NCBI GenBank assembly: GCA_965217775.1
Contig: CBDCJH010000002.1
Span: 4,256,001 to 4,320,000 of the forward strand
Direction: 5' to 3'
Length of the DNA stretch: 64,000 nucleotides
Source of the DNA: Acidobacteriota bacterium
Lineage (GTDB): Bacteria; Acidobacteriota; UBA6911; RPQK01; JAJDTT01
The notes under the pieces were generated by a model. The model saw nothing but the letters and a program-made list of their open reading frames with translations. It did not search any database and was not told where the DNA came from. Of this stretch, positions 1-9,469 are shown piece by piece. How positions within the stretch are numbered: the first letter of the stretch is position 1; every line of letters starts with the position of its first letter. A program made the position numbers and the translations under genes.

Positions 1-133
1 GGATTTCAGCTTCCAGTGGATCCTCCCGGTATCGCTTTCCGTGGGGTTGGCGGCCGGCTGCCTGGTCAGCTTGATGCACCGCCGCCTCACTTCCTTCGAC
101 CGAACGAATTAGGAGTCAAAGAGGGCACCCACA

Positions 134-163
134 CGGGGAAAGAAAGGGACAGTCTCGATTCCC
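134..163 (+). repeat. Repeat A copy 1 (CGGGGAWAGAAAGGGACAGTCTCGATTCCC)
   Basis: Matches 1340-1369 at 29 of 30 positions. Confidence 0.85.
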
Positions 164-234
164 GGAACGAACGAACGCGGAACACTCACACATGCACGAG
201 ACCGTGCGCCGCGTGGTCGACATCCGGTCGATTT

Positions 235-849
235 CTAGGGAGCGGGCCGGTTACTTGCTGGTGGGGGCTGGCCAATCAACAATCTTCGCAAAAAGTCTAT
301 GAGAGGAGTGATGGACATATTGGCGTCAGCGAACTTCAAATGAGTGATGTATTCCCTTCGATTCCGGAGTATCAGCTCAGGGAGAATTGGGCCTCCTCTT
401 GGCAACCCACCCAATTTGACGCAAAGAACGAAATAGCAAAGAGCCCGAGCAGTGCGACCATTTCCGTTGACGAAGGGGTGAATATGGTTCAACCTCCACA
501 GGCAGTACGCCGCCAAGGAGACTGGGCTGGATGTGTCCCACGCCCGATTGATGACGAGGACGAAATCACGCATGAGACTAAGAACACGATCAGGTGTTGG
601 AGCCTCGTAGTCTCCCACACTTACGTCGACTGATCGGTATTGTCCCGCCGGATCGTCAAGACATGCGATTGCGTGATAATTGAGGGCCTTGATGGTCGTC
701 TCGGAGAGCTTATCGCCAACTCTGTCACCGACCGCAAGAGCGGCCTCAATGATTGAGACTAGGAAATGGTATTGGCCGTTCAGATTAGCGATGGAGAGAT
801 TTCGGTATGTCGGGTGGTGTTCACTACCGAGAATATCTCTCAGGATCAT
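235..849 (-). CDS. Fic family protein (putative AMP-transferase toxin)
   Basis: Canonical Fic motif HPFVNGNGRTAR and upstream PAGQYRS segment; less GC-rich than neighbouring genes. Confidence 0.9.
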   Translation of the reverse strand: MILRDILGSEHHPTYRNLSIANLNGQYHFLVSIIEAALAVGDRVGDKLSETTIKALNYHAIACLDDPAGQYRSVDVSVGDYEAPTPDRVLSLMRDFVLVINRAWDTSSPVSLAAYCLWRLNHIHPFVNGNGRTARALCYFVLCVKLGGLPRGGPILPELILRNRREYITHLKFADANMSITPLIDFLRRLLIGQPPPASNRPAP

Positions 850-856
850 CGCTGTA

Positions 857-1051
857 CTAGTCCATCTGTTTCAGTCGCTCTTCAATCTGTTCGCGAGTGA
901 AATTCAACTCCTTCGGCTGGTTTCCGTACACAAAGGACACCCTCTGTTCGAACCGTTCTCGCCGAGTTCGTCGCCCTTGGGCCGCAGCCTTCAACTGCCG
1001 GGTGAACTCCGGGTCTTTTTCCTTCAGTTCTTCGAGCAAGGCGTTCTCCAT
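857..1051 (-). CDS. Small putative Fic antitoxin (64 aa)
   Basis: ATG at 1051 preceded by GGGAGG; sequence MENALLEEL...EQRVSFVYGNQPKE...; ends 7 nt upstream of the fic start. Confidence 0.65.
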   Translation of the reverse strand: MENALLEELKEKDPEFTRQLKAAAQGRRTRRERFEQRVSFVYGNQPKELNFTREQIEERLKQMD

Positions 1052-1204
1052 GGTCCATCCTCCCTTGTATTTACCTGCGAACAGACTGTATCGCATTTTT
1101 CGCGCATGTGCGAAACACAGGAGCGGTGCACACTGACTTTGGATTCGTCCTAGTCCTTTGCTGAGCGCCGTCCGGTATTTGTGGGCCTTATATTGCTCGT
1201 CCCA

Positions 1205-1229
1205 GAAAAATAGACTGTCCCCTTCCAAA
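1205..1229 (-). repeat. Repeat B copy 1 (GAAAAAYAGACTGTCCCCTTCYAAA), core inverted relative to repeat A
   Basis: Near-identical to 1526-1550; reverse complement contains GGGACAGTCT as in repeat A. Confidence 0.8.
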
Positions 1230-1232
1230 TTC

Positions 1233-1274
1233 CGGACTCGGCAGAGATCGGTTCGGACTCGGCAGAGATCGGTT
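1233..1274. repeat. 21-bp tandem duplication (CGGACTCGGCAGAGATCGGTT x2)
   Basis: Read directly from the sequence. Confidence 0.9.
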
Positions 1275-1339
1275 CGCACCTCTGATGACAACAACGATTC
1301 AGAACTGAGAAAGGCGAAGGAAACTCAAGCGGGGACAGG

Positions 1340-1369
1340 CGGGGATAGAAAGGGACAGTCTCGATTCCC
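1340..1369 (+). repeat. Repeat A copy 2
   Basis: Matches 134-163. Confidence 0.85.
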
Positions 1370-1525
1370 CGTCCGGGGACGCGCACGATCCTCGTTCAAA
1401 CCTGCTTCCCCTGTTCTCCTGAACCGTCAGGAAAGTGGGGAAAGTCCAGAGTCTATTGGGCGGTTTCCGTGATCTGGGTCGTCCGGTGCCACGGTGGCAG
1501 AATCGACGGGCGGAGATCAGGCGCG

Positions 1526-1550
1526 GAAAAACAGACTGTCCCCTTCTAAA
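1526..1550 (-). repeat. Repeat B copy 2
   Basis: Matches 1205-1229. Confidence 0.8.
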
Positions 1551-1660
1551 AAGTCCGGGGGAAGTCCTGGTCGGCTTGATCCACCGCCGCCGATCCTTCG
1601 ACCGACTCCTGTTTCCGCCTGTGCTAACCTCTGGGTTGTTCAAGCGCAGAAAGGGGAACG

Positions 1661-2374
1661 GTGGTTCGAAAAAGAGTCGTTCTGACGCTGTCGGGCGGGA
1701 TGGACTCCACCACCCTCCTGTATCAGCTTCTCTCCCAGGGACACCACGTCCAGGCTCTGGGCATCGACTACGGACAACGTCACCTCAAGGAACTCGATGC
1801 CGCCGCCCGGATCTGCGCTCAGGCGGGTATCTCCTTCAAGAGCGCCGACCTTTCCGCGGTCGTGGGATTCCTGGCGGGAAGCGCCCTCACCAGCCCGGAC
1901 GTCGAGATCCCATCGGGCGAATACGATCCGGAGAGCATGAAGGTCACCGTGGTCCCCAACCGCAACATGTTGATGCTGGCCGTGGCCCTGGCCTGGGCCA
2001 TCTCTTCCGAATGCGACACGGTCGCCTACGCCGCCCATGCGGGCGACCATGAGGTCTATCCGGACTGCCGGCCCGCATTCGTCCAGGCTCTGGCCAAGGC
2101 TGCCGGCCTTTGCCACTACGAGCCCATCCAACTGCTGGCGCCGTTTCTGCACCTGACCAAGACCGACATCGTCCGATTGGGCAGCCGCCTGGGGGTACCC
2201 TACGATCTGACCTGGAGCTGCTACCGGGGAGAAGAGCTGCACTGCGGAAGCTGTGGGACCTGCAGCGAACGGGCCAACGCCTTCGCCCGGGCCGGAGTCC
2301 CGGACCCTACCGTCTACAGGAACCTGCCGGCCCCGTCTCCGATGGGCGTCCCGGGATCGGTCCAGGCCCGGTGA
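1661..2374 (+). CDS. queC: 7-cyano-7-deazaguanine synthase
   Basis: SGGMDS PP-loop, YGQRH, VPNRN, YPDCR, TWSCY, CGSCGTC zinc motif. Confidence 0.95.
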   Translation: MVRKRVVLTLSGGMDSTTLLYQLLSQGHHVQALGIDYGQRHLKELDAAARICAQAGISFKSADLSAVVGFLAGSALTSPDVEIPSGEYDPESMKVTVVPNRNMLMLAVALAWAISSECDTVAYAAHAGDHEVYPDCRPAFVQALAKAAGLCHYEPIQLLAPFLHLTKTDIVRLGSRLGVPYDLTWSCYRGEELHCGSCGTCSERANAFARAGVPDPTVYRNLPAPSPMGVPGSVQAR

Positions 2375-2417
2375 GCGGATCCGAACCGCAGGACGCAACG
2401 TTCAAGGGAGCTCGAAC

Positions 2418-4490
2418 ATGACCGCATTCGGCACGCACCGCCCCAACCGGCTGATCGACGAGACCAGTCCCTATCTGATCCAGCACGCCTACAACCCGGT
2501 GGACTGGAATTCCTGGAGTCCCGAAGCTCTGAACAAGGCGAAGGAACAGGACAAGCCGATTCTCCTGAGCATCGGATACTCCTCCTGTCACTGGTGCCAT
2601 GTGATGGAGCACGAATCCTTCGAGAACGAGCGCATCGCCTCCCTGATGAACGAGGGATTCATCAACATCAAGGTCGACCGGGAAGAACGCCCCGACGTGG
2701 ACTCCATCTACATGAGCTTCGTGCAGATGACCACCGGCAGCGGAGGTTGGCCGCTGACGGTCTTCCTGACGCCGGACCTGGTCCCCTTCTATGGGGGAAC
2801 CTACTTCCCTCCGGAGGACCGCTATGGGCGTCCCGGCTTCGCCCGCATCCTCCAGGGCGTGAGGGACGCCTTCGTCGAGCGCCGCCAGGAGATCGAGTCC
2901 GGCCGGGACCGGACTTTGCAGAGACTCGAGGAGGCCTTTGCGTGGGGCCTGGCCCCCGGAGATCTGGACGAGAGGATCCTCGATCAGGCCCACGATCGCT
3001 GTTACCAGCAGTTCGACCATCGCCTCGGAGGCTTCGGGCAAGCCCCCAAGTTCCCCAGCTCCATGGTTCTTGCGTTCCTGGTGCGTTCTTGCAGGAGAAA
3101 CGAACGGACTTCCGCCCGCCGGATGGTGGAGGTGTCGCTGGACGAAATGGCCCGGGGCGGGATCTACGACCAGTTGGGCGGCGGGTTCCACCGTTACTCC
3201 GTGGACGACCGCTGGCTGGTGCCCCACTTCGAGAAGATGCTCTACGACAACGCGCTCCTGGCTCGAGTCTACCTGGAGGCCTGGCAACTGACGGGCAACG
3301 GTTTCTACCGGCAGATCGTCCGCGAGACCCTGGGTTACGTTCAACGGGAGATGTGGGATCCGGAGGAGGGAGGCTTCTACTCGGCGGAGGACGCCGACAG
3401 CGAAGGCCACGAGGGCAAGTTCTACGTCTGGAGCCTCGAAGAGGTGGAATCCGCACTGGATTCGGAAACGGCGCGAATCTTCTGCGACTACTACGACGTC
3501 ACCGCCCACGGCAACTTCGAGGGCTCCAACATCCTGCATCCCCGATTGGAACAGGAGCCCTACGCCAAGAGTCTGGGCATGACCCCGGAAGAGTTGGACC
3601 GGCTCCTGGCCGGGGCCAAACGCCGGCTGTTCGAAATCCGGAGGAAAAGGATCCGGCCGGGATTGGACGACAAGGTCCTGGCTTCCTGGAACGGCATGAT
3701 GCTGACGGCTTTCGCCGAGGCCGCCTTCGCCTTGGACAGTTCGGAGTACCTGGAAACGAGCTTGAGAAACGGGGAGTTCCTCTATTCGGAGATGTGGATC
3801 GGCGGCCGCCTTCATCGGAACTGGACGGAGGGCCGAGCCCGCCTCAACGGCTATCTCGACGACTACGCCCAAGTGGCCGAGGGATGGCTGGCCCTCTACC
3901 AGGCCACCGGCGATCCGGTCTGGCTGGAACGGGCCGCCGAGGTCACGGAAGTCCAGTTGGAGCTCTTCTGGGACGAAGAGAAAGGGGACTTCCATTTCAC
4001 GCCCACGGACCACGAACGCCTGGTGATTCGGCACAAGGAATTCATGGACAACGCCACGCCCAGCGGAAACGCCGTCTCCTGCCTGAACCTGCTTCGCCTC
4101 CACAAGCTGCTGGGACGATCCGACTATCTGGAGAAGGCCGAGAGCATGCTCCGGCGAGTCTCCCTGGCCCTGGAACGACATCCGCTGGCGTTCGGCTACT
4201 GGCTTCAGGCTCTGGACCACTTTCTGGGCCCCGTTCACGAAATCGCCGTGGTCGGGACCAAAACGCAGAGAGCTCCACTGATCCAGGTGGTGAGAGACCA
4301 ATACCTTCCCAACAAGGTTCTGGCGGTTGCATCAGACGAGGATGACGGCCTCGGGGCCCGGATCCCGCTGTTGGCGGGAAAAACCTCGATCGACGGCGGG
4401 GCCGCCGCCTACGTCTGCCGGGACTACGTCTGCCAGCGGCCGGTTCGCACCGCGGAGGAACTGAGGCAGGCGATCGGGGCGGCGGGCTGA
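2418..4490 (+). CDS. Thioredoxin-domain/six-hairpin protein of the YyaL/SSP411 (DUF255) family
   Basis: [40 protein letters not shown]; ATG 2418 after AGGGAG. Confidence 0.92.
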   Translation: MTAFGTHRPNRLIDETSPYLIQHAYNPVDWNSWSPEALNKAKEQDKPILLSIGYSSCHWCHVMEHESFENERIASLMNEGFINIKVDREERPDVDSIYMSFVQMTTGSGGWPLTVFLTPDLVPFYGGTYFPPEDRYGRPGFARILQGVRDAFVERRQEIESGRDRTLQRLEEAFAWGLAPGDLDERILDQAHDRCYQQFDHRLGGFGQAPKFPSSMVLAFLVRSCRRNERTSARRMVEVSLDEMARGGIYDQLGGGFHRYSVDDRWLVPHFEKMLYDNALLARVYLEAWQLTGNGFYRQIVRETLGYVQREMWDPEEGGFYSAEDADSEGHEGKFYVWSLEEVESALDSETARIFCDYYDVTAHGNFEGSNILHPRLEQEPYAKSLGMTPEELDRLLAGAKRRLFEIRRKRIRPGLDDKVLASWNGMMLTAFAEAAFALDSSEYLETSLRNGEFLYSEMWIGGRLHRNWTEGRARLNGYLDDYAQVAEGWLALYQATGDPVWLERAAEVTEVQLELFWDEEKGDFHFTPTDHERLVIRHKEFMDNATPSGNAVSCLNLLRLHKLLGRSDYLEKAESMLRRVSLALERHPLAFGYWLQALDHFLGPVHEIAVVGTKTQRAPLIQVVRDQYLPNKVLAVASDEDDGLGARIPLLAGKTSIDGGAAAYVCRDYVCQRPVRTAEELRQAIGAAG

Positions 4491-4522
4491 CTCCGTTCAG
4501 TCCCGCGAACTGGATTCTGTCC

Positions 4523-5110
4523 TCAGATGCCGCCAAGCCGAGTCCGAAGCTTCTGCAACGCCCTGGCGCGATGGGAGATCCGGCTCTTCTTCCCGATGGT
4601 GAGCTGGGCGAAGGTCTGGTTCAGGGGCGGATAGAAGAAGACGGGGTCGTAGCCGAAGCCGTTGGTGCCCCGGGCCTCGGGAACGATCCGTCCCCAGACT
4701 TCGCCCTGAACCTGGATTCGCTCCTCCGGCAGGGACAGGCACAACGCCGACACGAAGCGGGCCCGCGGACGAGAGTCGGGCCAGGCCGGATCGGCCTCCG
4801 CAATCAGCTTCAGCAGTTTCCGGATGCGCTCACCGTCGGTGGGGGCCAGACGGGCCGAATGGACTCCGGGACGTCCGTCCAGCACCTCCACGGCCAGCCC
4901 GGAATCCTCCGAAAGAGTGGGCACACCCGTCACCCGGGAATAGTAGCGCGACTTCAGCAGTGCATTGTCGCGGAAGGTCCGGCCGGTCTCCTCCGGCTCG
5001 GGGATGCGGGGATGGTCCGGAAGCAGATCCACCTGGACCGGGAGTCCTCGCAAGGCGTGGAGGACCTCGGCCACTTTTCCCTTATTTCGAGTTGCCAACA
5101 GGAATCGCAA
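4523..5110 (-). CDS. rdgB: Non-canonical purine NTP pyrophosphatase (RdgB/HAM1)
   Basis: [30 protein letters not shown]; start uncertain (TTG 5110 or ATG 5152). Confidence 0.93.
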   Translation of the reverse strand: MRFLLATRNKGKVAEVLHALRGLPVQVDLLPDHPRIPEPEETGRTFRDNALLKSRYYSRVTGVPTLSEDSGLAVEVLDGRPGVHSARLAPTDGERIRKLLKLIAEADPAWPDSRPRARFVSALCLSLPEERIQVQGEVWGRIVPEARGTNGFGYDPVFFYPPLNQTFAQLTIGKKSRISHRARALQKLRTRLGGI

Positions 5111-5885
5111 AACGATCCGACGCAGGATCCGGTCGAAATAGCCGGGCGGCATCGACCGTGGTTTCTTCCAACACGGCCCGCTGCCTGGAGATCAACTGGC
5201 GGATTCCACCACGAGCCAGTTCCAGGAGTCGATCCAACTGGTCCCGTCCAAACGGGTCTCCCTCGGCAGTCCCCTGGATCTCGACGTACTCATCCTGGCC
5301 GGTCATGACGACGTTCATGTCCACTTCGGCGGCGAAATCTTCCCGGTAGTTCAGATCCAACACCGGTTCGTCTCCCACGATGCCCACGCTGACCGCGGCC
5401 ACGGGAGACAGGAGGACCGGCTGTTTCAGAGTTCGCTCCACGCGCATTCGATCCAGAGCCAGAGCCAGGGCCAGGAAGGCCCCGGTGATGGAGGTGGTGC
5501 GGGTTCCACCGTCCGCTTGAAGAACGTCACAGTCCAACCAGATGGTCCGGTCCCTCAGGAGCTGCAGATCCACGATCGCGCGCATCGACCGGCCGATCAG
5601 GCGCTGAATCTCCTGGCTCCTCCCCGAGAGCTTCCCTTTGGAGACTTCGCGAATCATACGGGTGTGGGTGGACCGGGGAAGCATCCCGTACTCGGCGGTC
5701 ACCCAACCCTGACCGGCTCCCCGCAAGAAACGGGGGACTTTCTTCTCGACGCTCGCCGTGCAGAGGACCCTAGTGTCTCCGCACTCCATCAGGACCGATC
5801 CTTCCGCGTGTTTCGTAAAGCCCGTGCTGACCTTCACAGGCCTCAACTCGTCAGGGAGCCGTCCGTCGTTTCTACGCTTCATCAC
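5082..5885 (-). CDS. rph: Ribonuclease PH
   Basis: [43 protein letters not shown]. Confidence 0.96.
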   Translation of the reverse strand: MMKRRNDGRLPDELRPVKVSTGFTKHAEGSVLMECGDTRVLCTASVEKKVPRFLRGAGQGWVTAEYGMLPRSTHTRMIREVSKGKLSGRSQEIQRLIGRSMRAIVDLQLLRDRTIWLDCDVLQADGGTRTTSITGAFLALALALDRMRVERTLKQPVLLSPVAAVSVGIVGDEPVLDLNYREDFAAEVDMNVVMTGQDEYVEIQGTAEGDPFGRDQLDRLLELARGGIRQLISRQRAVLEETTVDAARLFRPDPASDRFAIPVGNSK

Positions 5886-5922
5886 TGTCGTTCGTCTCTC
5901 CGTTCGGAAGGAACAATATTAA

Positions 5923-6084
5923 CAGCCCGTGGTGAAAGTCGTCACGGCATTCGACCGTCCCGGCGTCCTGCCGCTGCTGTGCGTTGCGACTCGGGCACAT
6001 ACTCCCGGTATGCTCCCTCCGTTGCGCCTTGTCCGGCGGGCGCAGGAACGGTCTCCGTGCTCGCGCGACTCTCACCACGGACTG
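5923..6084 (+). mobile_element. MITE family A, copy 1
   Basis: Terminal inverted repeats CAGCCCGTGGTGAAAGTC...GACTCTCACCACGGACTG; homologous to 12221-12378 and 45662-45819; TTAA on the left. Confidence 0.8.
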
Positions 6085-6669
6085 TCACAGGAAGGGTTCC
6101 CCTATGGAAACGTGACCGGAAAGGGTGAGTTCCTGTTTGCCACCCACCAGGAACCGCACCTGATCGATCTCCTCCAGGTTCTCGACCAGCGACCGGGTGA
6201 TGGAGTGGATGGCGCACAACTCCATTCGGATTCCCCCGGCCAGGCTTTCGGCCGTCTTCCGGCTGATGTCCACCACCGCCGTCTTGTCTTCCAGAACGAA
6301 GATCTGCCGTATCGTGGCGTCTTGCCGAAAGATCGCGGTGCCTTCTTCCTCGGGACCCTGGACCAGCTCGTCGACGATCTGCCGCGCGTTGAAGACCGGC
6401 TCACCCGTCTGCAATACCGTACGCTCTTCGGACACGAGAAATCCTTCGCCCGAAGCCGTGGCGCCCGGCGCGCAGAAAAAGACACGAACCTGCATTTCGC
6501 CCGAGGAACGTCCGGAGGGGGACGGAAGGCGATCCGGCTCCGAGACCCGGATGTCCTCCAGTCCGACTCGCCGCTGCCGCTGCAGCTCCGCCTCTGTGAG
6601 GTAGTAGCCGACTCCCAGAGCGATGACGATCAACAGAAACAGGGCGAGCGCGATCCGTAGCTCGTTCAT
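6085..6669 (-). CDS. GerMN domain protein
   Basis: N-terminal TM helix; LVQGP...AVVDIS...SITRSL...VRFLVGG pattern; usual position next to amidase and rph. Confidence 0.85.
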   Translation of the reverse strand: MNELRIALALFLLIVIALGVGYYLTEAELQRQRRVGLEDIRVSEPDRLPSPSGRSSGEMQVRVFFCAPGATASGEGFLVSEERTVLQTGEPVFNARQIVDELVQGPEEEGTAIFRQDATIRQIFVLEDKTAVVDISRKTAESLAGGIRMELCAIHSITRSLVENLEEIDQVRFLVGGKQELTLSGHVSIGEPFL

Positions 6670-8369
6670 TCCGGATCACCCCCGTCGGGAGGCCCTTCCA
6701 GGAAGGCGACGACCGCCGCCGCCAAGGCGGAAACCAGACGCTGGTTGAAGGTTTCCAAAGTCAGGTTCCACCGGTTTTCCGAGTTGGTCAGGTGCCCGAA
6801 CTCAACCACGATTCCCGGCGCCGCCACTGACTGCAGGACCGTCAATGGGGCCTCGATGGACTGATTCTCAACCTCGTAGACCTGGTTCAGGCTTTCCTGA
6901 ACCACCACGGCCAGCTCCCGGCTGCGCGCCTGGTATCGCTCCTGGCCCGATTCCCAGAGAACGAACTTCCCTTCCTCTTCGGGGTCCGGCTCGGGTTCGG
7001 GTTGGGTCACCACCACTTCGACGACCTCCTCCTCGCCCTCCTCAGTCTCCGGCTCCGGTTGCGGGAGGTCCGGAGTCTCTCCGTCCTGAAGAAACATCGA
7101 CTCCCCGTCGAGCTCTTCCGGCTCCGGCGGAGGCATCACCGGGGACTTCCCATGAAAATAGACCACGCCCCCCCGCATCTCTTCATCCGGAGCCCGGCCC
7201 AAATGGAGGCTCAGGTAGGCCCGGGTTCGGTTGGAGTTACCCACGGCGCTGCGCTGGGCCGCGGCGAGATTCACGTCCCGATCCCGGGTCAGGACCATCT
7301 CCAGGCCGCGATTTCGAAACTCGTCGCGCAACTCCAAGGCAAACTGGAGGGCCAAGTCCTTCTCGACGAATCCCTGCTCCCCCAGATCCCCCTCCCAGAT
7401 TCCTCCTGAATCGCTTCCGCCATGGCCCGGGTCGACGACGATCACCGGCCTCTCCCGCCGGCTCCGCGACGTGCTGAGCCGGGACCGCCGCGCCGGAGCC
7501 GGATCGGGAGTTCCGGCAGTCGCCGGGACCGCTCTCGAGGCCTTGGCCGGAGCCCGCCGGCTACGGCCGTGGATCTCCACGACCCTGGTCGAGGCGCCGG
7601 CGTCTCCGACCTCGCGGTACCGCTGATAGTCCTGCCCCTTGTGGATACGGAACGTTCCGAAGGGATCCCGGGAGTTGAACTTCAGCGCAGACACCAGGCG
7701 GGACGAAGGGGTTCCGCGCTTGGCCCCGGGACGAACCCGATAAGGACCGAACTCCACTTCAAGGAAGTCCCGGCGTTCGTGGACCCGGATCGGACCCGGC
7801 CGGCTGGCGGAGAACTCGATCCGGACTTGGTTGGAGTGATTCGTCACCTGCACCTTCACCTGGTTCAGATCCCGGGGTTCGAACCGATACCTGGCGGCGC
7901 CGGTTTTGGAGAAGCGTCCCGGAAGGACCGGAGCCAGCGCCCGAACCAGGAAATCCTCAGGGATGTACCAGTCGGAAGGGCCCTTCTTCCAGGCCGCGGA
8001 GGACATGAGAAGGTAGTCGACTCCCGCCCGAACCAGCGGTCTTCCATCCAGAAACAGGAGTTCTCCCCCGGGACCGGAGAGATTGAACCGGTCCTTCAAC
8101 TCCCGGCCTTCGAGCCGGAGGTTGGAAATCATGTCCTTGAGACTGATGTAGGGCTTGCCGGACCGCTGGTCCATCGCCACCGCCGACCTTCGTCTCCCCA
8201 GGTCCAGCAGCAACTCTCCTTGATCCTGGGCCGGCAGTTCGGCGCTGAGCCAAACCAGGATCCAACCGGCGACCGCGATCGAACGGAACACGGGTTTGGA
8301 GCAGAGATACGGAAACCGCCTCTCAAACTCACCCCGAATTCCGGAAGCGCACAGCGGAGGCCACAGCAT
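6666..8369 (-). CDS. N-acetylmuramoyl-L-alanine amidase (Amidase_3)
   Basis: VVDPGHGG, EKD, LTR, SLH, VVEFG; TATAAT 8 nt upstream of ATG 8369; start uncertain. Confidence 0.85.
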   Translation of the reverse strand: MLWPPLCASGIRGEFERRFPYLCSKPVFRSIAVAGWILVWLSAELPAQDQGELLLDLGRRRSAVAMDQRSGKPYISLKDMISNLRLEGRELKDRFNLSGPGGELLFLDGRPLVRAGVDYLLMSSAAWKKGPSDWYIPEDFLVRALAPVLPGRFSKTGAARYRFEPRDLNQVKVQVTNHSNQVRIEFSASRPGPIRVHERRDFLEVEFGPYRVRPGAKRGTPSSRLVSALKFNSRDPFGTFRIHKGQDYQRYREVGDAGASTRVVEIHGRSRRAPAKASRAVPATAGTPDPAPARRSRLSTSRSRRERPVIVVDPGHGGSDSGGIWEGDLGEQGFVEKDLALQFALELRDEFRNRGLEMVLTRDRDVNLAAAQRSAVGNSNRTRAYLSLHLGRAPDEEMRGGVVYFHGKSPVMPPPEPEELDGESMFLQDGETPDLPQPEPETEEGEEEVVEVVVTQPEPEPDPEEEGKFVLWESGQERYQARSRELAVVVQESLNQVYEVENQSIEAPLTVLQSVAAPGIVVEFGHLTNSENRWNLTLETFNQRLVSALAAAVVAFLEGPPDGGDPE

Positions 8370-8410
8370 CAGTCGTTATTATAGTGGAAGGGGTACGGCG
8401 ACTTTTCGGT

Positions 8411-9289
8411 TCAGCCGGCGGCGACACTCGTTTCCGCTGTCTCCAGCTCCGATTCGACGACCCGCCAGCGGGAGGCGTTTCGAAACAACGCCGTCGCCAG
8501 AGCCGTATGCAGGGCGTGTCCGGCCTTGTAGGCGCGAATATGCCCGATCACCGGGCTGCCGCAGAGGGAGACGTCGCCGATCAGATCCAGGACCTTGTGG
8601 CGAACGAACTCGTCGGGCGCCCGGAGTTCTCCGCTCATGACGCCGTCGTCACTCAACACCACTGCGTTCTCGAAGGAACCGCCCCGGATCAGGTTGTTTT
8701 CCAGAAGCTGGCGGACTTCCCGATAGAAACCGAAGGTCCGGGAAAAGGCGATTTCCCGTGCGTAGACTCCGGGCGTCACCTCCAGGTCCAGCCGCTGGCG
8801 GCCGATGACGGGATGGGTGAAATCGATCTCGTAGGTCACGCGAAAGACAGGTGAAGGCTCGATGGACACGAACTTCTCCCCGTCCGTCAGCCGGATCGGC
8901 TTCTCCACCCTGATGAAGGTCCGGGGAGCGTCCTGTTCCTCGATACCAACGCCCTGAATGCCCTCCACGAAGGGCCGGGAGGAACCGTCCAGGATGGGAA
9001 CCTCCAGAGAATCGATGTCGATGTAGAGGTTGTCCAGACCCAGGCCGTAGACGGCCGACAGCAGATGCTCCACCGTCGAGAGCATCACCCCCCGTTTCAT
9101 GAGGGTCGTGGCCAGGACTACACGGGAGACGTAACGGCGCGAGGCCTCGATCGCGAAACCCTGGAGGTCGACGCGGCGGAAGACGACGCCGGTCCCCGCG
9201 GGAGCGGGCTTCAACTCGACCGCCACCTGGTATCCGGTGTGGAGCCCGACTCCGTTGAGCTTGAACGGGCGGCGGATGGTCCTCTGCAT
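8411..9289 (-). CDS. lpxC: UDP-3-O-acyl-N-acetylglucosamine deacetylase
   Basis: MQRTI, GVGLHTG, TVEHLLSA, SRTFGF, RHKVLDLIGD, AGHALH. Confidence 0.96.
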   Translation of the reverse strand: MQRTIRRPFKLNGVGLHTGYQVAVELKPAPAGTGVVFRRVDLQGFAIEASRRYVSRVVLATTLMKRGVMLSTVEHLLSAVYGLGLDNLYIDIDSLEVPILDGSSRPFVEGIQGVGIEEQDAPRTFIRVEKPIRLTDGEKFVSIEPSPVFRVTYEIDFTHPVIGRQRLDLEVTPGVYAREIAFSRTFGFYREVRQLLENNLIRGGSFENAVVLSDDGVMSGELRAPDEFVRHKVLDLIGDVSLCGSPVIGHIRAYKAGHALHTALATALFRNASRWRVVESELETAETSVAAG

Positions 9290-9305
9290 CTGGCCTGGAC
9301 TGTGT

Positions 9306-9322
9306 TGCAAGATGCAGGCCAA
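9306..9322 (-). promoter_or_regulatory. Putative sigma-54 (-24/-12) promoter of lpxC
   Basis: TGGCCT-GCATC-TTGCA with canonical GG-N10-GC spacing. Confidence 0.55.
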
Positions 9323-9430
9323 GAATGGGGAAAGCCTTTATTCTCAGTGGGTTTCGTAATTCGAACGTCCCTGCGGGGAGCGCAGAGTGTGACCTGGAGT
9401 CCACAAGGGTGTGGACCACAGGACACATAT

Positions 9431-9459
9431 CAGCCCGTGGCAAAAGTCGTCGCGGCATT
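9431..9459 (+). mobile_element. Isolated left end of MITE family A
   Basis: CAGCCCGTGGCAAAAGTCGTCGCGGCATT matches the start of the 45662 copy; no right end seen. Confidence 0.7.
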
Positions 9460-9469
9460 TCCGCCGGGA

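Noticed and set aside
1-78. Possible start of a minus-strand gene running off the left edge (VHQADQAAG...)
   Set aside because: Too short to support a call.
1622-1660. preQ1 riboswitch upstream of queC
   Set aside because: Only a weak CTGGGT..CAG resemblance, with an imperfect stem and no A-rich tail. An extended -10-like TGCTAACCT at 1622-1630 leaves too short a leader.
1661-2374. queC as part of a DNA-modification or defence system (Dpd, QatC, CBASS-associated)
   Set aside because: It has canonical tRNA-pathway QueC motifs and length, and there are no dpd/qat/TGT neighbours.
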